Assembly (NCBI GenBank): GCA_965197745.1
Contig: CBDANS010000006.1
Span: forward strand, 1,216,001-1,280,000
Reading direction: 5' to 3'
Length of the DNA: 64,000 nt
Source of the DNA: Opitutales bacterium
Lineage (GTDB): Bacteria > Verrucomicrobiota > Verrucomicrobiia > Opitutales > PNEW01
Shown piece by piece: positions 1-9,540 of this stretch. Position numbers and translations under genes: made by a program. A model generated the notes under the pieces. That model saw only the letters and a program-made list of their open reading frames with translations. It had not been told where the DNA came from and searched no databases. Numbering within the stretch: the first letter of the stretch is position 1; every line of letters begins with the position of its first letter.

Positions 1-1066
1 TGGCGCGATCATATTGACGATTACCCAGAAGTATCCATCCCACCGAGGTATTTGCCATGATGGAAAGAGGATCAGCTCTCAGTGCCAGTTCTCCTTCAAT
101 TATAGCTTCATCAAATCGCCCGCGCATACTTAGATAGAGCGCATACCAATAGCGAGCGGGTATATATTGAGGATTAATTTCAATAGCGCGTTTGAATTCA
201 TTGCCTGCAGCGATCCAATCTTTTTCGTAGAGCAGACGCACGACACCAAGAGACCCATGTGCTTCAACGATGCCGCTATTTATCTCCAGAGCCGTTAAAG
301 CTGCGCGCTTAGCCTTAGGAAAGGCTTCATCGGGGGGTAGATTGCCATAAAATCCGAATAGACTGTAGGTATCTGCAAGTCCGGCATGGGCGTGTGCGTA
401 GCGTGAATCTTTTTCAAGAGCTTGTTCGAAGAAAGAGACAGCCTTTTTCAATCCGGCTCCCCGTTGGTTCCAGAAAAAACGGCCTTTTAAGTACAACTCA
501 TAGGCTTCCATGTTTGGGGTGGCAATTTCAACGAGAGGGGCACTCGTTTCGCCCACTAATTTTACCTTCAAGGCATTAACAATAGCCCGAGAGATTTCGT
601 CCTGAATGGCGAACACACTCTTAAGCTCACGGTCATAGGTGTCGGACCAAAGGTGGAAACCATCCGCGACATTTATTAACTGGGCTGTTATCCTCACCGT
701 GTTTCCCTCTCTGCGAACGCTTCCTTCGAGAACGGTGTCGACCCCCAACCTTTCACCAATGGTGGGAATATCTCTATTTCTATCCTTGAAATTAAAGGAC
801 GAAGTTCGAGCCGCCACGCGCAGTCCTTCTACTCTGGCAAGGGCATTCAATATTTCTTCTGCGATTCCATCGCTAAAATATTCCTGGCTTTTATCCGGGC
901 TCATATTCACGAAGGGAAGAACAGCAATGGATGGTTTGACTGCCGGTTCCATCTCCTTTCGGTCTTTGGATGGGAGGACATCACGAAACCCGGAAAAAAT
1001 AAAGGCACCTATCAGAGATAAAAGAATCGTCCCCAATTTTAAGGATGCTGATCGTTTTCCATTCAT
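1..1066 (-). CDS. TolB-like N-terminal domain + TPR repeat protein with N-terminal membrane anchor (partial, runs off the left edge)
   Basis: Manual translation from ATG at 1066 (AAGAGGA upstream): MNGKRSASLKLGTILLSLIGAFIF...SIAVLPFVNMSPDKSQEYFSDGIAEEILNAL...VLEGSVRREGNTVRITAQLI...EAYELYLKGRFFWN...AHAGLADTY. Absent from the ORF track because it has no stop in the window. Confidence 0.85.
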   Translation of the reverse strand, partial: MNGKRSASLKLGTILLSLIGAFIFSGFRDVLPSKDRKEMEPAVKPSIAVLPFVNMSPDKSQEYFSDGIAEEILNALARVEGLRVAARTSSFNFKDRNRDIPTIGERLGVDTVLEGSVRREGNTVRITAQLINVADGFHLWSDTYDRELKSVFAIQDEISRAIVNALKVKLVGETSAPLVEIATPNMEAYELYLKGRFFWNQRGAGLKKAVSFFEQALEKDSRYAHAHAGLADTYSLFGFYGNLPPDEAFPKAKRAALTALEINSGIVEAHGSLGVVRLLYEKDWIAAGNEFKRAIEINPQYIPARYWYALYLSMRGRFDEAIIEGELALRADPLSIMANTSVGWILLGNRQYDRA

Positions 1067-1160
1067 TTAAATTCCTCTTCAACTCAAATGAATAATCGAG
1101 TTAAGCGAACGAGTCTAATGATAACCGTTTAAGAGCAATGACAGATAATTTATCAGAGGG

Positions 1161-2478
1161 TGATCGGGTTACGTAAACTGGTCCACCGAGAGAGTTAGTC
1201 TGGAGAGGTTAATGTTGAAGTTAAGTTGGTAGAGGAAGTCAAGGCTTGGGCGCAATGAGGGCGTAGCCCGAATGGAGCCCAAGCCTTCGGTATTAATGTC
1301 TTCAGCGAAGCACCGTGGGGTGATATTGCCGAGGCTGCGGTGGGGTCGGACATTATTGTAAAGCCAGCGCCAGTCCTCGATCACCACGCGGGCTTCGGTC
1401 AAAGTCCATAGCTGTTCACGGTTTAAACACTCCTCGCGAAAACGGGCATGCAACGATTCGATGTATCCGTTCTGCCAAGGGCTTCCTGGTTCGATATAGA
1501 GGGTTTTGATTTTCATCGCAGTTAGCCAGGCTCTCAATTCCTTTTCAATGAATGGCTTCGCATGTCGTCGCTTCGCTCCTCGGAACGGAACCGTTGTCAC
1601 TGCGAATATATTGTGGCGGCCCATGACGGGCAAGCAGTTTTTGCATGATACCGCGCACCGTTTCCGCATTGATATGGCGATCAACATGGATCACTCGACA
1701 CTCGCGGGTGTACTCATCGAGCACGGTCAACATTTTTAAACTGCCACCGCGGACCGTCTTATCGTGGATAAAATCCCAGGTCCAAACATGGCCGGGATGT
1801 TCGGCCTTGGTCGGCAGCCCGGTGGAAACACCCCTGCCCCGACGTCTTGGCTTGCGTTGGGGGATCGCCAAGCCCAGTTCGCGTCGTAGACCTTGCACGA
1901 GACGTTTACCCACCTCCCAGCCTTCGTCTTTCAACAGCTTCGTGATCTTCGGATAGCCCCACCTGGCATATTGCCGTGATAACCGCCTTACTGCCGCCTT
2001 CAGTTTCATTAACCAAGCATCCGGATGCTTCGCCTTATACGCATAGGTGGAACGGTGCAGCCGAAAGTACCGGCACCCCGCTCGCATCGAACACTGGCCC
2101 CGAGCCACAAGTCTCTCTGCCACTTGCCGCTTGTGCCCAGGGCTTACAGTTTTTTTTCGAGGGTCTCCTGCAGGATCTCTATCCCCAGCATCTTGTCCGC
2201 CAGCATCCGTTTTAACCGCGCGTTCTCCTTCAAAGAGTTCCTTCATCCGCTTGGCCTGGTCGACATCAATCATCCCAAACTCACGCTTCCAGCGGTGGAA
2301 AGTCTGTTCGCTAATGTTGTTCTCGCGGCATGCTTCCAGGATCGTTTTCCCTTTGTCCGCCTGCCGCAGCATCCGTATTTTCTCTTCAGTTGTGTATCTT
2401 TTGCCTTTCATTGTCTGAGTCCTTTCTAGGTTACCCAGACTAACTTTTCAAGTGTACCAGTTTTCGTGGTCACGACCA
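1161..2478 (-). mobile_element. IS3-family insertion sequence (IS407-like), 1318 bp
   Basis: Imperfect terminal inverted repeats (TGATCGGGTTACGTAAACTGGTCCAC vs reverse complement TGGTCGTGACCACGAAAACTGGTACAC), TG...CA ends, 4-bp direct repeat AGGG at 1157-1160 and 2479-2482, encloses an OrfA/OrfB transposase. Confidence 0.9.
1169..2411 (-). pseudogene. IS3 transposase OrfA/OrfB, disrupted
   Basis: HTH OrfA (MKGKRYTTEEKIRML...FHRWK) and integrase-core motifs WTWDF, DEYTRE, SDNG, PGSPWQNGYIESLH split over ORFs 1545..2411 and 1169..1687 by a ~31-32 nt insert at 1554-1585. Confidence 0.85.
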
Positions 2479-4922
2479 AGGGTAATATTAGTTTCGGGTA
2501 AGATTGAGAAGCTTAGTAATAAGTTTTTAAGTTAATAACCTTTTGTAAAAATAGTATCAGCTTTGGTTTTAATCCATTTAAGCTCATCTTGAGAAAGATT
2601 TTTCGCGGTAAGGACAATGACTGGAATATTAGAAAACCTTTCCTGGTCCCGAAATTCTTTTAAAAAACTCAACCCATCCATTACCGGCATGATAAGATCG
2701 AGGAAAATAACATCCGGGGTGAATGATTCCAGCGATTCTAAAGCTTCCCTTCCATTAGCGGCTGTGCGAATTTCGTTTTTATCCTCTTCCAGCCATAATT
2801 TTACCATTTCCTGATATTCGTGACTGTCTTCAACGACTAATACTTTTCTATCTTCAATCTGGTCTGAATTCAACGATCGTCTGATACAAGCGAGAAAATC
2901 GGTTTCCCCAACGGGTTTCGTCAAAGCGTCAACAGCTCCCAGGGAGATGGCCTTACTCTTATCTCTATCGGCTACCATACTGATGATAATAACCGGGATA
3001 TGGGATAAATTCGGATCTTTTTTAAAGCGCCCAGTAATTCCAATCCGTTAGCCTGGGGCATCATTATATCCAGGGTAATAAGGTCGGGTTTGTATTCGTT
3101 AACAACGTAAAAAAATTTTTCCGGCTCGCCGCACTCCTGGTACTCAGCGCCTATTTCTTTTATATACTGACCGATAAATTCCCGAGCGTCGGAATCATCA
3201 TCCACCACGAGTATGCGTTTACCCGGTGTGATGGGGAGAAATCTTTTCAAAGATGATTTTGAGTCGTCAATAAGGGACAAGGTCTCAACGACGTCAGCTG
3301 CTTCTCGCATTTTCTTTTCCTCGGTTTCCTCTTCATCCTTTGTGGATACTGGTTCTTCCTTTTCTATTTTTTCCTCTTCTTTGATAGTGACCCCGTTTAA
3401 TTCAATCGAAAAAGTACTTCCTTCTCCATATTCACTACTGAGGGTTAAATTACCGCCCAGCAGTTTGACCATGTCGCGGGATAAGGTAAGACCGAGTCCG
3501 GTACCTCCATATTCTCGTGAAGTGCTGCTGTCGGCCTGGGTAAAAGGTTCGAATATGGTATTGATCATTTCAGGCATGATACCGATTCCGGTATCGGCAA
3601 TGTCAATGAGAGCTTTTTGTTTATCCGCGTCGAGCAATTCACACCGCACAATTACCGATCCCTCATTTGTAAATTTAACCGCGTTTCCAACTAAATTTGT
3701 TAACACCTGTTTTAATTTGAATCCGTCAGTGTTTAAGAGGATCGAAGAATCAGAAATCTCGCTTTTTAAAATTATATTTTTACCAGTGGCTTCCTGTTGA
3801 AACATATCGACGACATCTCGGATTATGGGGATCAAGTCAGTACTTTCCGGCACTAAATCCATACGGAGCGCTTCAATTTTTGCCAGATCCAGAATGTCAT
3901 TGATTAATGATAAGAGATGTTTCCCGTTATTATTTACTTTTTCTATTCGGTTGATATCCGCGGAGGTGAGATTCCCATTACGGTTTTTCACGAGGATACC
4001 TGAAAATCCAATAATGGAATTAAGCGGGGTGCGTAATTCGTGACTCATATTAGCGACAAATTCACTTTTTTGCCGGTGCGAAGCCGCCAGTTCTTCATTA
4101 GCTTCTTCCAAGAGGATAGACTGTTTGTGAACCGCGCGATAAGTGATAGCATTTATAATTGAATTGGCGGGGACCTCGGTATGGTTAGACAGATGTTGGC
4201 GCGTCTGTTTATCCATTTTGCTATGACTGGCGAGAATCACCAACCCGAGAATTTTCTTTCGGAAAATTAAAGGGATTCCATAAATATTTCTGATTTTAGC
4301 ATCAGTGGATTCTAAATTTATATCGGGCAATGCCTCGAGGTCCATATCATCGAGAATAATCCACTCACGCCTGCGCAATATTTCACCGGGAAAACCGTCC
4401 ATGATATCGGTATCGGAAAAGTGTCGAAGGAATGAACGATCCTCGCTTTTGCGAACCAAAGGAACCAGCTCATCTTTTTGTTCCTCATAAAGATAAAATA
4501 TGCCTACCTGGCTGTTGGATATCCACATCAGGTAGTCGATTGAAGAAGAGGCAATCGTGTTAATTTCAATCGATGCTATTTTAGAAAGGAATTCTCCGAA
4601 CATTTCCTGTCTCGCTACGGAGAGGGAAAGTTCCTGATTCTGATCTTCCAGTTGCAATCTCGAAGAATCTATTTTATTGCGTGATGATTCCAGCTCAGAG
4701 ATTGAAGAGGAGATTTTCGCCGCCATCTGATTGACGGAGGCAGCCAGTCTTCCCAGGGAATCTGAACTTATGTCATCGGATCGGGCCTCGTAGTCTCCTT
4801 GACCGATATTATCGGCAATGATGGAAAGCTGACGTAAGCGAATTGAGGTGTACCTGAATTGATTTAATATTACGCGTTTATAACCTTAACACAAGACAAC
4901 AACCATTAATTATGAAACATAA

Positions 4923-5330
4923 GTGGTTAAAAGACTTAGAAACTGTTTCCTGTTTGGCTTTGGAGTCGGGATTGGTCTTATTATCGAGTTCTACATCCAC
5001 CAGGAGTCCACAATGATATTGTTTGGCTTTGCAAGTTTGATGCTTTTGTGTGTTCTTTTATGTGCTATTCCTGAATTAAAAACGTGGCTTTTTGTTTTCA
5101 AACAAAACTATGTGATATATGTTTTGAGAGTTGAGAATATTGATGGTCTCGATCACTTTTTTGCTCGAGATATGCAAGGCGAATTTTTATACGACATTCA
5201 ATGCTCTACAAAAGATTATAAACGCCCTCCATACGATGTTGGAACTGTAGTATATGTACGTGGTAAACGTGGCTGTAAGAGGAAAGGAGCTTATCAATTA
5301 CTCGTTGATTGCTTTGTTACCATACCATGA
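4923..5330 (+). CDS. Hypothetical membrane protein, IS passenger gene
   Basis: 135 aa ORF with two hydrophobic N-terminal segments, AT-rich, inside the IS1595 inverted repeats. Confidence 0.5.
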   Translation: MVKRLRNCFLFGFGVGIGLIIEFYIHQESTMILFGFASLMLLCVLLCAIPELKTWLFVFKQNYVIYVLRVENIDGLDHFFARDMQGEFLYDIQCSTKDYKRPPYDVGTVVYVRGKRGCKRKGAYQLLVDCFVTIP

Positions 5331-5410
5331 TCAGAAATAGAACGCTTAATGACTCAAAATGACAACTAAATCACAGGCGAGGTTTAATGCACTGATCAAA
5401 GCAGCGTGCT

Positions 5411-6265
5411 CTAAAGATTTGCGACCAAATCCCCAAAAATCGCGTTCGGCCAATCCCGACGATTGTAGCGATATTCAAACTCCTTCACATATTTCTGGAG
5501 ATGCTTCTTCGAAACGTGGACGTGCGTCCCGCGTATCGAAAGCTTCAAGCGCGCCCAGAACCCCTCAATCCCGTTAACATGAATATCTCCCCGACTATAT
5601 TCGCCATCCCCGTGATTAACAGTTCTATGCCTATAACCAATTTTATTAATCCCATTATAAGATCGGAGTTCATCAGTATGCATTATGCTTCCTTGTTTCA
5701 CGTTTTCTTTAACAATGGGTTGAAGGACGTGTTTGCGAACATTAGGAACAATTTTAGTCATTATTTCGCCGTTACGTTCAAGCATCCCAAAGACCACCGT
5801 TTTATTAGATGCACCACGTCCACGCTTGCCCCCAGAATGTCTCCCCCAAATATAGATTTCGTCGGCTTCTACAATACCTTTCAAAGTATTTTCACCGTCA
5901 ACGTCCGCCATATATTTGCGAATTTCGTGCGCCATACGCCATGCGGTTTTGTATGGCACGTCAAGTTGCCGACTCAGTTCCATTGCTGCAACACCATGCC
6001 GAGAAGTAGAAAACAAATACATGGCGTAGAACCACTTATGGAGAGGAAGGTGGGTATTCCCCATAAGTGTTCCAACACATGGGTAAAGATGATGACCACA
6101 GTGTTGGCATACATATCCACGATCTCTTGTCATGCGATAAAACTTACTAAAAGCGTCACATTTTGGGCAGTCAAGCTCTGTGCCACCATAGCGCTCAACC
6201 ATAATACGTTGCAAACATGCTTCATCGTTAGGGAATTGCTTTTGGAATTCATAGAAACTTTTCAT
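5411..6265 (-). CDS. IS1595-family DDE transposase with Zn ribbon
   Basis: CPKC...CQHC zinc ribbon, HTH (LSRQLDVPYKTAWRM), VEADE, HTDE, VNH, HVNGIEGFW, EFEYRYNRR. Confidence 0.92.
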   Translation of the reverse strand: MKSFYEFQKQFPNDEACLQRIMVERYGGTELDCPKCDAFSKFYRMTRDRGYVCQHCGHHLYPCVGTLMGNTHLPLHKWFYAMYLFSTSRHGVAAMELSRQLDVPYKTAWRMAHEIRKYMADVDGENTLKGIVEADEIYIWGRHSGGKRGRGASNKTVVFGMLERNGEIMTKIVPNVRKHVLQPIVKENVKQGSIMHTDELRSYNGINKIGYRHRTVNHGDGEYSRGDIHVNGIEGFWARLKLSIRGTHVHVSKKHLQKYVKEFEYRYNRRDWPNAIFGDLVANL

Positions 6266-6660
6266 ATTGTCCTTAATTTTGGTTTAATTGAGGGTAAATA
6301 TAACACACAATTAAACTTGTGTAAAGGTTATAAACGCGAAATATTAAGATCAATGCGAGGATAATGAAACCTATGGTTAAAACACGTGGATCAATTACCT
6401 GGGTATCTGCTTTTTCCGCTTCAAGTATAGTTGGGTAATAAACAATGGCTAAAACAGAGAAGAGAAGAATAACCAGTAAAAAGCCGCCAAAGACAGAAAA
6501 AGGGCGGGTTTTATTTAACTTTAATCCTGTTTTTTCTTTGATGCTCATGACAAAGCGTACACCTCCCAACGGGTCCTAAAGTAAAGAAAAGAGAACATCA
6601 TTTTATCAACTTGAAATCAAGGATATAAGGGTAAATGCCGTCCTCAATTCCCCTTTTCCC

Positions 6661-7614
6661 TTATTTTTGATTTAATATTATAATCCTGGTCCTGTCATCT
6701 GGCTGACCCGCAACCCATTGATTGTTCCACTCAGGGATAAAAGATTCATTTTTGAATTTCTGGTCATTGAGCCCAATCGTCGAAAGGATTAACTGATTTC
6801 GGTCTCTTTCCATTAAACGCATTTCAAATGGATACTCAATGAGTGCCCCCGTTTGACAATGAATGGCGCCACCCATACCGGTGATATCCGAGATGTGCCA
6901 GTGCCCGCAAAATACGGCAATGATATTTGTGTGTTGCGAGATCATCCTGCGCAGCGATTCCTCATGTACGCTGTAGGAGGCAAAGTGATGATAAGGTGTC
7001 GGGTAATCATTTATTGGTTTCCCCGTCTGTAAAGTTTCAACAGGATAAGTTGGCTTTGAATGTATCGGCGCATGGGTAACAATAATTGTCGGCTGGTCTT
7101 GATTTTCGGTGAGTTCATTTTTCAGCCAGTCAAGAACGTCCTGCGAAGGGCCAATGCCTGAATAATCTTCTTCCCGAACAATTGTCGTTTCTTGATAATC
7201 ATACGCTTTCCCGTCTTTTGTTATCCAGTTAGCGCTATCGAGGAAAATAAAACGTAGCCCGGCTAAATCACGAGAATAGTATAAGTTGCCGTTTTCATTT
7301 TCAATGAGAGTGGTGATGGATTTCCGAATCCCCTCGGTTTGTGCGTCGTGATTTCCAAGAATAATATAATAGGGGCAAGCCATGCGGTCCATGATATCCA
7401 CCCCAAATTGAAAACTTTCTACATCTCCAGGATGAGTGAAGTCACCACAATGGATAATATAATCGGGGGACAGATTCTTAACGGTTGAAATGAGCGCTTC
7501 ACCGATTTCAGCTGACCGCGAACCGAGCGTTCGATTCCACCAGCGACTGTCCTGACCTTTTCCCGGTGGAGAAAAATGGGTATCGGTCATAATTACAAAT
7601 CGGGCGTCTATCAT
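6661..7614 (-). CDS. Calcineurin-like metallophosphoesterase
   Basis: Motifs DTH, GD, GNHD, THAP, GHWH. Confidence 0.88.
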   Translation of the reverse strand: MIDARFVIMTDTHFSPPGKGQDSRWWNRTLGSRSAEIGEALISTVKNLSPDYIIHCGDFTHPGDVESFQFGVDIMDRMACPYYIILGNHDAQTEGIRKSITTLIENENGNLYYSRDLAGLRFIFLDSANWITKDGKAYDYQETTIVREEDYSGIGPSQDVLDWLKNELTENQDQPTIIVTHAPIHSKPTYPVETLQTGKPINDYPTPYHHFASYSVHEESLRRMISQHTNIIAVFCGHWHISDITGMGGAIHCQTGALIEYPFEMRLMERDRNQLILSTIGLNDQKFKNESFIPEWNNQWVAGQPDDRTRIIILNQK

Positions 7615-7711
7615 GATCGACTAAAAAGTAATATATTTAAACGCACTATGGGTCTGTATTAGATGGGACATTTTATCAACAGATTAATTAAAGTCCGGAA
7701 ATGGGCGGTTA

Positions 7712-9445
7712 CTATGAATCCTCGATCGGCGTCTCTCCCGTCGACCATAGGGTTAAGCCGAAATGTTTTTTCTTTTCCGGCTTGCGACAGAATAAGAGCA
7801 AACCAAAACCGACAAATAAAAAGATAAAGATTCCGGGAAATTGTACCCATTGAAAGCTAAGCACGCCCCCCTCGGTATAACGGCCGGAATAGTACCAGAA
7901 ACTGGTGCTGAATGAATAAGCCAGGGCAAATACCGCAAGTAACCCCGCGCTGAATACGTGAGATTTACGACTGATTTTTAATAGAGCCGCAACGAGAAAT
8001 AAAAATCCGGCCACGGCCAGTGGAATTAAAATAGTCTTAATGGGTATGGCCCCTTCGAGGCCGTTCTTTGATGAAACGTACCAGGTAATCATTCCCGTTA
8101 TTACTCCCCAACTAAAAGTTAATCCTACCCAGATGACGCGACTGTTAACTTTGCGGGAGCATACGGTGATAAGAAAGACAGGCCCCAGGACAATGCCATA
8201 GGAATTCCATATCGCACCGGCTTCAACTACGGTCTCTCTCAGTTTAGATGCAGTCCCCGCAATAGATAAGGCCACGGCAATCGCGATTACTCCAATCGCG
8301 ACCGTTAAAATACGTGCGATCGCATATTGCCTGCCTTCCGTCGCCGACGGATTGATGTATTTCAAATAGACATCTTTAAGCATCACCGCTGAAAGGCTGT
8401 TTATTCCCGAGTCAAGAGTCGACATCGCTGCTGCCAACATTGCGGCAAGAATCAATCCCGGCAGCGGGGCTGGCATTTTCGTGGCAATGAAGGTATAAAG
8501 CGCGGCATCACCTGTAGTCACACTGGGATCAGGATACAGTCCATAGTAAGTAAAAATAGAAAAACCGATTAACCAGAGCATAAGAACCATGGGAACGAGA
8601 AGCACAGAGTTGGTGTATGCGGCATACTTGGCTTTCTCATAAGTGCCTGCGCTCAGCAATCGCTGGATGGTGATCTGGTCTGCACAGGCAATATAGATAG
8701 GGTTTACCAATTCGTTGATTAAAATAAACCAGAAACATAATCGCAGATAGGGATCCAATCGGTAAAAATCGGGGTTGGCGTAATGTATCGGTCCACGGTC
8801 ATGCTCTAATGAATAGTTGAGAACTCCGATAAAGCCACCGTCGACATTTTTGCAGATCATTACAATGATTAGCAACATCCCGCCAAAAAGAACGAAGAAC
8901 TGGATAACATCGGTCCAGATGACTACGCGCATGCCCCCGAGAAAGGTATAAAAAATACCAATCATCGCGATTACAGGAATGGTAATCATTACCGGCCATC
9001 CTACCGCGCTCTCGAAGATTTTCGACGAGGCATAAAGAACCATCGAGAGGTAAGCGAGCCGGGTCCAGAAATATAGCATGCTGATTACAATCCGAACACT
9101 TGAATCATAGCGACGCTCGAGGTATTCGAAGGGAGTGAAAACCTTCAGCTTAAAATAGAACCGCACACAGAGAAAAAAACCAATCAGCGAGGTGATCGGC
9201 AGGAAGATTTGTGCTAAAAACAACGACAATCCATGATTATAGATCTCCCCTGGAATCATTACCAAAGAGATGGTGCTTATGATGGATATTTTATAGGAGA
9301 TACCTACCGCCCACCATGGCATCTTTCGTCCTCCCAGAAGGTACTCCTCGCTCGTTTTCTCCCGGCGCGAAAACCAAAAACCCATCGCCACCATCATACC
9401 CATGTAAATGACAATGGTCAGGTAATTGATAGCCCCAAAATTCAT
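7712..9445 (-). CDS. Sodium:solute symporter (SSS family)
   Basis: EYLLGGRKMPWW, FEYLERRY, GGMRVVIWTDVIQ, DQITIQRLL, AAAMSTLDSGINSLS; many TM helices. Confidence 0.92.
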   Translation of the reverse strand: MNFGAINYLTIVIYMGMMVAMGFWFSRREKTSEEYLLGGRKMPWWAVGISYKISIISTISLVMIPGEIYNHGLSLFLAQIFLPITSLIGFFLCVRFYFKLKVFTPFEYLERRYDSSVRIVISMLYFWTRLAYLSMVLYASSKIFESAVGWPVMITIPVIAMIGIFYTFLGGMRVVIWTDVIQFFVLFGGMLLIIVMICKNVDGGFIGVLNYSLEHDRGPIHYANPDFYRLDPYLRLCFWFILINELVNPIYIACADQITIQRLLSAGTYEKAKYAAYTNSVLLVPMVLMLWLIGFSIFTYYGLYPDPSVTTGDAALYTFIATKMPAPLPGLILAAMLAAAMSTLDSGINSLSAVMLKDVYLKYINPSATEGRQYAIARILTVAIGVIAIAVALSIAGTASKLRETVVEAGAIWNSYGIVLGPVFLITVCSRKVNSRVIWVGLTFSWGVITGMITWYVSSKNGLEGAIPIKTILIPLAVAGFLFLVAALLKISRKSHVFSAGLLAVFALAYSFSTSFWYYSGRYTEGGVLSFQWVQFPGIFIFLFVGFGLLLFCRKPEKKKHFGLTLWSTGETPIEDS

Positions 9446-9540
9446 TTCGATTTTCGTTTAACGCTCAGGAATTTAAAGAGGATTGAAAGAATGGATGTGT
9501 GAAATAATGTATTCATAACCGCTGAGACGCATTTCAATTG

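Larger units (their letters stand above)
4873..6338 (-). mobile_element. IS1595-family element with passenger ORF(s), 1466 bp
   Basis: 23-bp inverted repeats CGCGTTTATAACCTTAACACAAG (4873-4895) and CTTGTGTAAAGGTTATAAACGCG (6316-6338), one mismatch; flanking 8-mers TAATATTA/AAATATTA (7/8 match). Confidence 0.88.
2532..6548 (-). pseudogene. Hybrid sensor histidine kinase (2TM-HAMP-GAF-HisKA-HATPase-REC-REC), interrupted by IS1595 and frameshifted
   Basis: 5' TM part at 6548-6339, HAMP-like RLRQLSIIADNIGQGDY...LGRLAASVNQM at 4872-4724, ANMSHELRTPLN, NLVGNAVKFT, DTGIG, GGTGLGL, REC motifs LVVDDD/ITLDIMMP and LVVEDS/FLDLIMP; 1-nt frameshift at T6 3018-3023. Confidence 0.85.

Noticed and set aside
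5501..6364. 287-aa plus-strand ORF
   Set aside because: Antisense shadow of the IS1595 transposase with no recognisable motifs.
6273..6569. Independent 98-aa membrane protein
   Set aside because: It is the 5' fragment of the hybrid kinase reading into the IS1595 end.
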